Position numbers and translations under genes: made by a program. Source: Dehalococcoidia bacterium (lineage in GTDB: Bacteria; Chloroflexota; Dehalococcoidia; Lucifugimonadales; UBA2985). From it: 64,000 nucleotides of DNA. The notes beneath the pieces are model-generated. The model was not told where the DNA came from and did not search any database. It was given only the letters and a program-made list of their open reading frames with translations. The stretch lies in NCBI GenBank assembly GCA_965218945.1, contig OZ244718.1, positions 2,621,700 through 2,685,699 of the forward strand. Direction: 5' to 3'. Of this stretch, positions 25,587-35,011 are shown piece by piece; position 1 is the stretch's first letter; each line of letters starts with the position of its first letter.

Positions 25587-25932
25587 GGAATTTCCTCCTT
25601 CATAAAACTTGCCCTCAGACTCGGCCCAGTCTTGGCCTCGTTGTAGCCCCCGCCGTTTCCCCGCGTCACGCGCCGGCACGTCCCCCGCTCTTCACGCCGT
25701 GTTTTCCAACGCACCCGCTGCTTTCACGCCGCGTTCGCACCCCGACATCCCACGGGTTTTCTCGATTCAGTCCGGAACGCACTCTTTCAACCAAGTGTTC
25801 ACTGGTTACCTCCTGTAGGGGGGTGATTTACGCCTGTTCCAGCTTGCCAATGACCCGATTTGCGCCTTCCCGACAAAACTCAATCTCCTGTACACCCCCA
25901 ATACTGCACGAAAGAAGCCGTCGAAAAGAGGG

Positions 25933-25968
25933 TCTATAACAGGGCGCAGGTGTGCGCCCCGTTATAGA
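25933..25968. promoter_or_regulatory. 16-bp inverted repeat (1 mismatch, 4-nt loop) upstream of the T4SS operon, a candidate operator or oriT hairpin
   Basis: TCTATAACAGGGCGCA, ggtg, then TGCGCCCCGTTATAGA. It is flanked by direct 'agagggtc' repeats, about 90 bp upstream of the ATG at 26057. Confidence 0.4.
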
Positions 25969-26056
25969 GGGTCTTTTCCCGTGTTCGGTTTGTTCAGACT
26001 CTTTGGCGAGCGTTGCGGTCCCACGAACCGCAGCAGACCGCAGAGAGGTGAACGAG

Positions 26057-26667
26057 ATGGCGCTGAAATCGACACTCCGGTCCGCCAGGCGGCTATTGCC
26101 ACTGGCGTCTGCGCTGCTCCTGGCGGCGCTTATGGCAATCCCCGCAAGCAACCTTGCCCTGGCACAGGCCCCGCCGGACGCGATAGTCCTGGTCAACGTC
26201 GACCGGGATTTCGTGGAACGCAAGAAGGGCGGCGAGTTCGTCGCCCGTCCCGTCTTCGACCGAGAGATCGAGAGTCTCTTCTACGCCGTCCGCGACGCCG
26301 ACACCGGCGACTGGATAAGCGCCATGTACCGGGGCAGGGCGGAGAGAAGAAGCTCAGCGACGGCTGGGAGTACTCGTGGGAGTACCCGGCCCTGGCCGAG
26401 CAGCCCGACCTCGACCCCGACCGGGCCTACCTGCTGGTGATGCTGGCGGAAGCCGTCAGCGGTGAGAGGGGGGACTTCTACGCCGTCATCCCCTTCCACG
26501 AGCCTGGCCGCATCTGGGACAAGATTCTGTCCGCCCTCAGCCCCGGACGCTGGGCGCGGGCCTTCGCCGGCTGGGTCATCGAGGGCGTCCACGGGTCACT
26601 GTGCGGCGTGGTGGAGCGGGCGTCGGGCGAGGACGCCGACAACTGCCGGGGAGGTAGCCGTCCATGA
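26057..26667 (+). pseudogene. Signal-peptide protein at the head of the T4SS operon, apparently frameshifted near 26320-26345
   Basis: Frame 2 gives 'MALKSTLRSARRLLPLASALLLAALMAIPASNLALAQA...DWISAMYRG', then decays into R/S/T/P-rich text. Frame 1 becomes coding-like from 'GGEKKLSDGWEYSWEYPALAEQ...' and ends in an ATGA overlap with the next gene. Confidence 0.5.
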
Positions 26668-27632
26668 GTGACATACTCACCGGAACCCCTCCCGAACTCA
26701 CGTACGCCAACGACCTGGTGCGCCAGGCGTGGCTGGCCGTCTGGGCCATCACCTCCGGCGCGCTGGTGGTCATCCTGGGCTGGATGGGGCTGAACCTCGT
26801 CGTGGCCGATCACCTGGGCCGCCAGCAGGCGGGATGGCGGGAGATGGTCCCCCGCCTGTTCCTCGGGCTGGTGGCCGCCGCCTCATCCCTGTGGTGGTGC
26901 GCCCTTGTCATCGACGTGGCCGACGCCGTGTCCGGCTTCATCGCCGCATCACTGGGCGTCACCCCCGGAGACCTGCTGCGCTCGACCCTGGGCACACTCC
27001 TGACGGCGGTGCTGGCGGGGAGCGAGGGCATGGGCCTGCTGCTGGCCCTGCTCTACCTGGTATACGGCTTCTTCGTCCTCTACGTCCTGGTGCAGATGAT
27101 CCTGCGCCTTGCCCTCATCGACATCCTGCTGGCCCTGGCCCCGATTGCGCTGGGGCTGTGGATTCTGCCCCACACGGCGGGCTGGGGACGCCAGTGGCTC
27201 AAGCTCTTCATGACAACCGTGTTCCAGCAGGCGATCCAACTCATCGCGCTTGCGCTGGGTTTCGGGTTCCTCAACCAGTTCGCGTCGATTGCAGCCTTCG
27301 AGCCAGTGCAGGACCTGGTCTGGAAGCTGCTCATGTCCCTGTCCTTTGTCTACATGGCGACCAGGGTGCCCTCGATGATGGGCAACCAGGGGACTTTCGA
27401 CGCCTGGCTGCACACCCTCTACTTCGGAATGAACCTGCCCGGCTCGATGGTGCGGTCCGCCCGGACCATCGGGTTGATCGCCGGCGGAGCCGCCGGGGGT
27501 CCCGGGGGGATGGCGGTGGGGGCGATGGCCGCCGGAGCGGGCCTGTCGGCTGCGGCGAGCGGCATACGCTCGATGGCGGACATGGCGACCTCCTCCGGCG
27601 GGGGCGGCGCGCCCAGGAGCAGCGGCGAATAA
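26664..27632 (+). CDS. TrbL/VirB6-like polytopic T4SS membrane protein
   Basis: Multiple TM helices. The central part reads 'LALIDILLALAPIALGLWILPHTAGWGRQWLKLFMTTVFQQAIQLIALALG', followed by a Gly/Ala-rich tail. Confidence 0.8.
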   Translation: MSDILTGTPPELTYANDLVRQAWLAVWAITSGALVVILGWMGLNLVVADHLGRQQAGWREMVPRLFLGLVAAASSLWWCALVIDVADAVSGFIAASLGVTPGDLLRSTLGTLLTAVLAGSEGMGLLLALLYLVYGFFVLYVLVQMILRLALIDILLALAPIALGLWILPHTAGWGRQWLKLFMTTVFQQAIQLIALALGFGFLNQFASIAAFEPVQDLVWKLLMSLSFVYMATRVPSMMGNQGTFDAWLHTLYFGMNLPGSMVRSARTIGLIAGGAAGGPGGMAVGAMAAGAGLSAAASGIRSMADMATSSGGGGAPRSSGE

Positions 27633-27765
27633 CGACTACCAACGGCGCGACGAGACTCACGCCAACGGCGACGCAAAGGAGGTGGAGCGATGTATCACTA
27701 GGCAGACGCAATGGAACGAAATATGACGAACGGGACACTCTGAAGACAGAGAGGAGAGAGAACGA

Positions 27766-28062
27766 ATGGAAGACCTGACACAGACCATATCGAACCTGGT
27801 GGGAATCCTGCTGGGCATCGTCGGTGTCGTTGGCGTGGGCTTCTTCATCTACGGCGCGTACCTGTACCTCACGGCCAGCGGCGCGCCGCACCAGATGGAG
27901 CGCGGCAAGAGCGCAATGATGACCGCCCTGGCGGGCATCGTGCTGGCCCTGGTCGCCTACGGCGTCGTCGAGCTGGTGATGAACGCGGTGGTGAACCCGG
28001 CGGCGGACGTCAAGCTGCCCGACCCGGCCACCCCAACCCCAACCCCCACGCCAGACAACTAG
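27766..28062 (+). CDS. TrbC/VirB2-like pilin candidate 1
   Basis: 98 aa with two hydrophobic helices separated by 'TASGAPHQMERGKS', and a TPTPTPTP tail. GAGAGAACGA lies upstream. Confidence 0.6.
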   Translation: MEDLTQTISNLVGILLGIVGVVGVGFFIYGAYLYLTASGAPHQMERGKSAMMTALAGIVLALVAYGVVELVMNAVVNPAADVKLPDPATPTPTPTPDN

Positions 28063-28088
28063 GCGGACGAAGAAGGGAGGAACGAGAC

Positions 28089-29804
28089 ATGAGAGAACAC
28101 GAAGTGCCGACCCACGTGCAGGCCGAGGACAAGGTCCTGCTGGGGTTCACGTTTCCACAGATCGTGGCGGTGACTGCGGTGTGCGCCATCTCCTACGGCG
28201 TCTACCGCTACGCCCCCGTCGGCCCCTCCGAGGTGCGGATCGCGCTGGCCGTCGTCCTGGGCCTCGCCGGGGTCGCGATGATCGTGGGGCAGATCGGGGG
28301 TCGGCGGCTGCCTCTGGTGGCCGCGGACCTGCTGAAGTACCGGCTGGGGGCGAGGCTCTACGCCGGGCCTCCGTCCCAACTGGTGCGGAGCGAACCGCCG
28401 GCGCCGGTGCAGCCCGCCCGGAGCGGCCGAGGCCCACTGCGGCTGGTGGCGAGCAGCGCCCGGCGCGGCCTCCGCAGGCTGCGCAGGAAGCGCCTCAGGG
28501 ACGGGGAGCGCCGCAATGGGCGGATGCCCTTCCGTCCCAACGGCTGGTTCGGCAAGGGCCGAAAGCGCAAGGGTCACAACCACAAGGCCGAGACGCAGGA
28601 GGTCAGGAACCGGAAGTCCCGGAAGGGCTGGTTTCAAATCGTGGCCCTGGTCGTCCTCGCGGCGGTCGTAACGGTCCCCCAGGCGGCCCTGGCGGACGGT
28701 CACGAGGGCGGAGGCTGGAGTTCCGACGAGATCGAGTTCCAGCCTCCACAGCCGGTCGGTGGGCGGCGGCTCTACATCGAGGGGTTGTCAGTAACCGGCG
28801 ACCGGGCCAAGGTGACCCTGCGGGCCGCCACCGCCCTGGACGTCCGGGTGCGGGCCTTCGGCGGACAGACGGGGAGCGCCCTCCGATATTGGGGAGATAC
28901 CAGCCTGGACGAGGGGGAGCGCATCGACTACGACCTGCCCCTGGAGGGCGAAAGGCCGTCCCTCACTCTCTCCTGGGAGGACGCGCTGGGGCAGGCCGGA
29001 GCGGTAACCATCAAGGGCGAACAGATACCGTACCCGCTTCCAGCAATCGACGGGGAGCTTTGCGACCTGCGGGTCGTCTCCCTGGGCTGGACGCCGGGAG
29101 CCGTCAGCGGCGTCATCGAGTCCGAGTGCGTTACGCACACCGAGCACCCGGTGGAGCTTCAGATGGTGGCGGGACACGCCAGCGTCACAGAGACGTCCCT
29201 GATGGACGCCCAGGTGACGGCGGTCACGGGAACCGTCGCCGCCGCGACCGGCGCATCCCATGCAAGCGTCGCCCTCGTCCCCGATGGAGAGACCCGCTTC
29301 CGGCTTCCCATAGGGGATGGTCAGGCGATTCACGCCATGAGCGTGGACGTGAGTCTTGAGGCGTCCCTGAGCATCTCCATCTCACCGCTGACGCAGTTGA
29401 CCCACCACCCGGAGCGGGTGGAGCAGGTCACCAGGACCGTGCATCTCCATCGCCCGGGGGACAGCGACTACGACAGCGAGACGGCGACGGCCACCTGTTA
29501 CGACGGCACCGAATCGTCCGCCACCGCGACGGCCCACGCCTACGTCCCCAGCGCCACCATCGCCAAGCAGGTCACGGTGGACGTCCTGCACAAGGAGCAC
29601 GTCAAGGCCGAGACGGTGGAGCGGTCGCCCATCACGAGGACCAGGGGCGAAACGATGTCTCTGGCGTCCGGCGTGGGCAGCGACGACCCCTTCGAGGCCC
29701 TGGTCCTGCCCCAGCCAGAGCTGGAGGAGCCGCCCGCCGATCAGGAGCCCGCCGACGGCCTGCGCCGCTGGTTCGAGTCCCTGGGCTGGGAGTGGCCCTG
29801 GTGA
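28089..29804 (+). CDS. PrgI/VirB3-like N-terminal module fused to a large extracytoplasmic domain
   Basis: 'VQAEDKVLLGFTFPQIVAVTAVCAISYGVY' is followed by a second TM, a highly basic linker, a third TM and ~370 aa of beta-rich sequence. Confidence 0.65.
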   Translation: MREHEVPTHVQAEDKVLLGFTFPQIVAVTAVCAISYGVYRYAPVGPSEVRIALAVVLGLAGVAMIVGQIGGRRLPLVAADLLKYRLGARLYAGPPSQLVRSEPPAPVQPARSGRGPLRLVASSARRGLRRLRRKRLRDGERRNGRMPFRPNGWFGKGRKRKGHNHKAETQEVRNRKSRKGWFQIVALVVLAAVVTVPQAALADGHEGGGWSSDEIEFQPPQPVGGRRLYIEGLSVTGDRAKVTLRAATALDVRVRAFGGQTGSALRYWGDTSLDEGERIDYDLPLEGERPSLTLSWEDALGQAGAVTIKGEQIPYPLPAIDGELCDLRVVSLGWTPGAVSGVIESECVTHTEHPVELQMVAGHASVTETSLMDAQVTAVTGTVAAATGASHASVALVPDGETRFRLPIGDGQAIHAMSVDVSLEASLSISISPLTQLTHHPERVEQVTRTVHLHRPGDSDYDSETATATCYDGTESSATATAHAYVPSATIAKQVTVDVLHKEHVKAETVERSPITRTRGETMSLASGVGSDDPFEALVLPQPELEEPPADQEPADGLRRWFESLGWEWPW

Positions 29805-30118
29805 GGCCCGCGATTGCGGTCACCCTGCTGGCCGGGGCTGCGCTGGCGACCACCGGCGCGGCCCCGGCGGAGGAGCAGGAGATGCTCCACCAGTTCGACC
29901 GCGTGCTCACGGCGATGGTCTACGCCGCCGCCGGCCTCTGCCTGTTCGCCATCGTCTGGGCCGGTTTCATCCTCATGGCCGAGGGGAGCGAGGAGCGCGG
30001 CGGGGGCAGGGCAAGGACCGCCGTCGTCATGGCGGTGGTCGGCCTCGTCCTCGCGCTGTCGGCCAAGGGCGTGGCCGCGCTGCTCAGCAGCGGTCTCCTG
30101 GACTTCCCAACCCCCTAG
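29792..30118 (+). CDS. TrbC/VirB2-like pilin candidate 2
   Basis: GTG start overlapping the upstream stop. It has a signal-like N-terminus and two TM helices ('AAAGLCLFAIVWAGFILM', 'AVVMAVVGLVLALSA'). Confidence 0.6.
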   Translation: MALVRPAIAVTLLAGAALATTGAAPAEEQEMLHQFDRVLTAMVYAAAGLCLFAIVWAGFILMAEGSEERGGGRARTAVVMAVVGLVLALSAKGVAALLSSGLLDFPTP

Positions 30119-30137
30119 AGAAAAGGAATCTACCGAA

Positions 30138-32414
30138 TTGAAGAAGCTGCTTGAACGAATCACAAGACGCGGAGGGGAGACCCCGCCAATTGAGTCCGTC
30201 GCCCCGCAGGAGATGCCGGAGGGCCAACTCCCCACGGAGCCAGCACCCGGTGGAACGACGGAGGCCCCTCCCAAGATCCCGCCGGAGCTGCCCCTGTTCT
30301 TCATGCTGTCGCACCTGGACGAGGACGGGCCGGTGCGCCTGGACGGGGTGAAGCTGGGGGTGTGCGAGGTGATGGGCCTGGAGCTGGACGAGCCCAAACT
30401 GGGGGCCTTCGCCGGTGCCCTCAACGCCCTGGACTTCCCGGCGCAGCTGCTCATACGGCAGCACCCGCCTCGCCTGAGACGCCTGCGAGACGACCTTCGG
30501 GAGGCCCAGCCGAAGGACCTGCCCCCGCAGACGAGGGCCGCCGCCGAGTCCCTCGGGCGTCTGCTGACCGACCTGGAGGCCCGCGACGGCATCCTCGACC
30601 GGCGCTTCTACGCCGTGTGCGAGTTCGGCCGCATCGACGACCTACGGGGCCTGCTGGCTAGGGCCGGGCTCTCCGTCCACCCGCTGAAGGGCAGGCAACT
30701 CCGCATGTTCCTGGCGGCAGCCGCCCTGGGCGGCTCACCCACAGAGTTCGACGAGGAGAGTCCCACCGAGGTGGCGGTTGGCCGCCGCGACATCCGCGTC
30801 GGCGGTACCCTCGTTCGTTCGCTCCACCTGGGTAAATGGCCCCGGTCGCTGGCCCCGGGCTTCCTGCAAAGCCTCATGTCTGCGGGCGCGCCGATGGACC
30901 TGTCCGTCCACCTGGGGCCGATACCGGCGGAGCAGGCGGCGAGGACGCTGGAGTGGCAGAAGGTGCGCTTCGAGTCGGCCCAGTCCCTCTCCTTCAAGCG
31001 GGGGCGCACCATGTCCCCCGAGGCGGAGATCGCCCTGGAGGACATCACTCGCCTGCGAGACGAGGTGCAGAGGGGCAGGGAGAGGCTGTTTCACGCCTCC
31101 CTGTCCGTGACGCTCCATGCCAGGGACGAGGCTGCCCTCAAGGAAATGACCCAGCGGGCGAAGGCCCACTTCGCCGCCACCCTGGGCAAGCTGGACGACC
31201 TGGCCTTCCGCCAGAGGGAGGGCCTCTTGTCCACCCTGCCCCTGGCCCTGAACGCCGTGGCCGAGTGGCGCAGCCTGGACACCTCCAGCATCGCCCGGCT
31301 CTTCCCCTTCTCGCCGCCGGACCTGGACACCCGTTCCGGCACCCTCTACGGCATCGACATGCGGGCCTGCTCCCCGGTGGTCTACGACCCCTGGGACGGG
31401 ACGCACCTGAATGCGAACACGGCGGTGCTGGCCCGCTCCGGCTCAGGCAAGAGCTTCGCCACCAAGCTGGGGGTACTGCGCGGCATCACCCGCGGCGTCA
31501 CCGCCTACGTCATCGACCCCGAGGGCGAGTACGCGGACATGGCACGCGCGGCGGGTGGACGCGTGCTGTCCCCCGGCGTCCCCGGCGAGGGTATGAACCC
31601 CTTTGTCATCGAGCGGGGCGACTCCGAGGAGATGCTCCAGCGTATCGGCAGCCTGAGACGGCTCATCGAGGTGATGGTGGGGGAGAGCCTCGGCGCGGAG
31701 CGCAGGGCGTCCCTCGATCACGCCCTGGCGGGCTACTACGCCCAGCCCCGCGAGCGCACCGGCTTCCGCGATTTCTACAAGTATCTGCAAGAGGACGAGG
31801 CGGGCGACCCCGGTCTCGCCCGGCTTCTGAGGCCCTTCGCCACCGGCAGCCTGAGACACCTGCTGTCCGACGATGGCGACGACCTTCTGTCCAACGAGGC
31901 CCTGATCACCGTCTTCGACCTGCGGCTGCTGGAACCGGAGCTTCGCCCCGCAGCCGCGATGGTCTGCACCGAGACGGTGTGGTCCGCCGCCGCCCAGGAC
32001 CCCAAGCCGAGGCTGCTGGTGGTGGACGAGGTGTGGTCGATCATGCAGCACCCCGAGGGAGCGGCCTTCATGGTCAGCATGGCGAAGCGGGCCAGGAAGC
32101 ACCGCTTGGGCCTCCAATTCATAACTCAAGACGTCCAGGACCTGCTCAGCGAGGACTCCTCCCGCGCCATCACCGGGCACTCCGGTAGGGCGCTCCTGCA
32201 GAACGCAGCCTTCAAGCTGCTCTTGCAGCAGGACGCTGCCGCCATAAGCGCCGTGGGTGACGCCTTCGACCTTCCCGTCGAGCTTCAGCGATGGCTGCTG
32301 TCCTGCCCCCGGGGAGACGGCTTGTTGCTGGCGCGGGGCAACCGCTTCCCCGTTCGCATTGAGGCCACCCCGGAGGAGATGGAGGTCATCGAGTGGAGGC
32401 CCGGACGCCACTAG
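30138..32414 (+). CDS. VirB4/TrsE-family conjugative ATPase
   Basis: TTG at 30138 is preceded by AAAAGGAA. Walker A is 'LARSGSGKSF', Walker B is 'RLLVVDEVWSIM', followed by 'FITQDVQDLL'. Confidence 0.9.
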   Translation: MKKLLERITRRGGETPPIESVAPQEMPEGQLPTEPAPGGTTEAPPKIPPELPLFFMLSHLDEDGPVRLDGVKLGVCEVMGLELDEPKLGAFAGALNALDFPAQLLIRQHPPRLRRLRDDLREAQPKDLPPQTRAAAESLGRLLTDLEARDGILDRRFYAVCEFGRIDDLRGLLARAGLSVHPLKGRQLRMFLAAAALGGSPTEFDEESPTEVAVGRRDIRVGGTLVRSLHLGKWPRSLAPGFLQSLMSAGAPMDLSVHLGPIPAEQAARTLEWQKVRFESAQSLSFKRGRTMSPEAEIALEDITRLRDEVQRGRERLFHASLSVTLHARDEAALKEMTQRAKAHFAATLGKLDDLAFRQREGLLSTLPLALNAVAEWRSLDTSSIARLFPFSPPDLDTRSGTLYGIDMRACSPVVYDPWDGTHLNANTAVLARSGSGKSFATKLGVLRGITRGVTAYVIDPEGEYADMARAAGGRVLSPGVPGEGMNPFVIERGDSEEMLQRIGSLRRLIEVMVGESLGAERRASLDHALAGYYAQPRERTGFRDFYKYLQEDEAGDPGLARLLRPFATGSLRHLLSDDGDDLLSNEALITVFDLRLLEPELRPAAAMVCTETVWSAAAQDPKPRLLVVDEVWSIMQHPEGAAFMVSMAKRARKHRLGLQFITQDVQDLLSEDSSRAITGHSGRALLQNAAFKLLLQQDAAAISAVGDAFDLPVELQRWLLSCPRGDGLLLARGNRFPVRIEATPEEMEVIEWRPGRH

Positions 32415-32431
32415 AGAAAGGACTATCAAAT

Positions 32432-34012
32432 ATGAAGCTGAATCCGAAGAACATCCTGTTTGGAGACGACACCGAGAAGAAGCCCGTCCTGCTGGCGGTG
32501 ACGCCGCCGAGGACCGGCGAGCGCACCCTGCTGGGCGTCGAGAACCTCCTCCAGTCCATCGCTGTCCCGGAGCCCTTTTCCCTGGAGCTGGCCGGGGACA
32601 TGGACGGCGTCACTCTCATGGCCCGCTGCCTCGACGACCAGGTGGTGCGCAGTCAGGTCTCCGCCCACTACCCCCAGGCCCGCATCCAGAAGGTTGACCC
32701 CGAGGACGACCCGCTGAGGCCCGCAGAGGGAAAAAACGCCTGGTCTGTCACCCTGCGGGCCGACGGACCGGAGTACGTCCCCCTGCGCACCTTCCGGGAC
32801 GACGACCTGCTCGACCCCGGCTCCGACCCCTTGATAGCCCTGATGGGCGCGCTCTCGGCCCTCTACGAGGGAGAGCGTGTGGTGGCGCGCTTGATGCTGC
32901 GCTCCCTCGGCCCCGACTGGTCGCAGCCCCATCTCGAGAAGGCACACAGGAGGCCGGGCATGGAGCCGAGGGATCCCGCATACACCTATCAGACCAAGCC
33001 CCTCCAGATGGACGGCATCACGATGGCCGTCCTCGGCCTGGGCGCGCTTGCGGCCCTGAAGGGCTACCTGTGGGTGCAGGACGGGGAGATATGGAAGACG
33101 GCGCTCCTGGGGACGGGCGCGGTCCTGGGACTGGCCGTCGGAGGCTGGGCATGGCGCCGCTGGAAGAAGGCCCGCAACCCCGTCGAGGACCCGCTGCTCA
33201 TCAGGGAGAAGGTCTCACGCATCGCATTCGAAGCGGAGCTACAGGTCACGGCGATCCTGCCCCCGGACACGATGCCACACCGGGCCGGGGAGCTCCTCGG
33301 CAAGCTCACCGCCGCCTACCGGCACTTCGACAACCCCGCAGGAGCGCGGTTCAAGGTGGGGAGGGTGAAGCCCACCGAACCCGAACCGTCGCTGCTCCAC
33401 CCCGCAGGCCCGGGGATCTTCGGGAGGCGCAGCGTCCTGGGCGTCCGCGAGGTCGCCTCCCTGTGGCACCCGCCCGGCGCGGGCGACGAGACGCCCCTGG
33501 TGGAGCGGTCCGGCGCACGGGCGCTCAGCCCATCGGCCAAGGGCGTCCGGGGAGGCGCGCTGGTCGGCGACACCACCGCCGGGGCGAAGAGGGAGATCCG
33601 ATTCCCCGAAGACCTGCTCAGGCGTCACCACCTCTATGTGGCGCGCACGCGGATGGGCAAGTCCACTCTCATGCACCATCTTGTCACGCACAAGATGCGG
33701 GAGAAGGCCGAGGGAAGGGACAACGACGCCATCGTCGTCGTCGATCCCCACACCGACCTGGTGGCCGACATCCTCGAACAGGTCCCGGAGTCCCTCGTCA
33801 ACCGCGTGCGGCTCATAGACCTGTCCGACGAGTCCCGCTCCCCCGGCATCAACCTGCTTGACACCCGCGTCTTCGCCGACCGCGACCGCACCGCCGACTC
33901 GGTGGTGCGCGTGGCGCGGGGACTCTGGGAACAGTGGGGGCCGCGGATGCAGTCCATCCTCGAACAGACCGTCAAGACCCTCCACGAGGCCAACGAGCAG
34001 GTGGAGGCGTAG
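32432..34012 (+). CDS. Type IV coupling protein, N-terminal portion (TM helices plus Walker A), ending at an in-frame TAG
   Basis: ATG at 32432. TM pair is 'ITMAVLGLGALAALKGYLWV' and 'ALLGTGAVLGLAVGGWAW'. Walker A is 'ARTRMGKSTLM'. TAG at 34010-34012. Confidence 0.8.
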   Translation: MKLNPKNILFGDDTEKKPVLLAVTPPRTGERTLLGVENLLQSIAVPEPFSLELAGDMDGVTLMARCLDDQVVRSQVSAHYPQARIQKVDPEDDPLRPAEGKNAWSVTLRADGPEYVPLRTFRDDDLLDPGSDPLIALMGALSALYEGERVVARLMLRSLGPDWSQPHLEKAHRRPGMEPRDPAYTYQTKPLQMDGITMAVLGLGALAALKGYLWVQDGEIWKTALLGTGAVLGLAVGGWAWRRWKKARNPVEDPLLIREKVSRIAFEAELQVTAILPPDTMPHRAGELLGKLTAAYRHFDNPAGARFKVGRVKPTEPEPSLLHPAGPGIFGRRSVLGVREVASLWHPPGAGDETPLVERSGARALSPSAKGVRGGALVGDTTAGAKREIRFPEDLLRRHHLYVARTRMGKSTLMHHLVTHKMREKAEGRDNDAIVVVDPHTDLVADILEQVPESLVNRVRLIDLSDESRSPGINLLDTRVFADRDRTADSVVRVARGLWEQWGPRMQSILEQTVKTLHEANEQVEA

Positions 34013-34072
34013 CAGCAGTACACCATCCTCGACGGGCTGAAGCTCCTGTCGGACGATAACTTCCGCAAGGAC

Positions 34073-35011
34073 GTGCTGAAGAAGGTCTCCGACCCCTATC
34101 TCCTGGAGTGGTGGGAAAGGGACTTCGGCAGGTGGCACGCCCAGTACAAGGCCGAGGCCCTCGCCCCCGTCCAGACCCGCCTCTCCTACTACGCGTCCTC
34201 AAAGCGGGCAAGGGCCATTCTCGGACAGCGCCGCTCCACCATCGACATGCGCCGCACCATCCTGGACGGAGGCGTCCTGCTGGTCTCCACCTCCCAGGGG
34301 ACAGTGGGCAGAGATGTGGCCGCCCTGGTGGGCGCGTCGATGCTCAACCTCGTCGACGCCGTGATCCGGGAGCAGGGGAGTCTCCCCTTGAACAGACGGC
34401 GCGGTGCGCTGGTCGTCGTCGACGAGATGCAGTCGATGCCCGGCGTGGACTACGAGTCGATGCTCTCGGAGCTGGGCAAGTTCGGGGCGTCGTTCGTGCT
34501 CGCGACCCAAAGCCTCGCCAAGCTGGACGACCTCTCCCGCACCATGCGAGACACCCTGCTCGCCAACGTCGGCTGTCTCGCCGTCTTCCAGGTGGCGGGG
34601 TCCGACGCCCGTCAACTGGTGTGGGAGCTGGGCAAGGAGCGGGTGACCGAGGACGACATCACGTCGCTGCCCGTGCACCACTGCTACGTCCGCGCCACCG
34701 TGGGTAAGGAGCGGCTGCCCGCCTTCTCGATGATGGTGCGCAAGCCGGAGGATGGAGACCAGAAGACGGCCTCCCGCATCCGCGAGGCGGCAATTGCCTA
34801 CACGGTCTCGGCCCGCCAGGCCGACTACGCCGACGCCGACGGACACCGGAAGGTGGACGACTACCGCAAGGGCGTCGAGGACATCGAAACCGCCAGGCAG
34901 GAGGGCCGGCCGGAGGCTGAACCGGACCCGGAGCGGAGGAAGCAGACCAGCAAGCGGAGACCGGACGCCGCCGGGTCCGGAGGGGACGAGGCAGAGGAGG
35001 CCGTGGAATGA
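34073..35011 (+). CDS. Type IV coupling protein, C-terminal portion (Walker B), in the same frame as 32432-34012
   Basis: Walker B is 'ALVVVDEMQSM', followed by 'FVLATQSLAKLD'. The frame stays open from 34013 ('QQYTILDGLKLLSDDNFRKDV...'). Confidence 0.8.
   Translation: MLKKVSDPYLLEWWERDFGRWHAQYKAEALAPVQTRLSYYASSKRARAILGQRRSTIDMRRTILDGGVLLVSTSQGTVGRDVAALVGASMLNLVDAVIREQGSLPLNRRRGALVVVDEMQSMPGVDYESMLSELGKFGASFVLATQSLAKLDDLSRTMRDTLLANVGCLAVFQVAGSDARQLVWELGKERVTEDDITSLPVHHCYVRATVGKERLPAFSMMVRKPEDGDQKTASRIREAAIAYTVSARQADYADADGHRKVDDYRKGVEDIETARQEGRPEAEPDPERRKQTSKRRPDAAGSGGDEAEEAVE

Noticed and set aside
26729-32188. Long alternative-frame ORFs in the T4SS operon (26729-27778, 28181-29359, 30836-32188, and minus-strand 31443-32429)
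   Set aside because: They overlap frames with clear TM, Walker or PrgI features. Their translations are R/G/P/A-rich shadow ORFs.
34010-34012. TAG in the coupling protein read as pyrrolysine
   Set aside because: No pyl genes or methylamine methyltransferase context are visible. TAG is used as an ordinary stop by many genes in the window, for example the giant CDS, the PRTRC-B-like gene and the methyltransferase. A mutation, an error or a split gene is far more likely.
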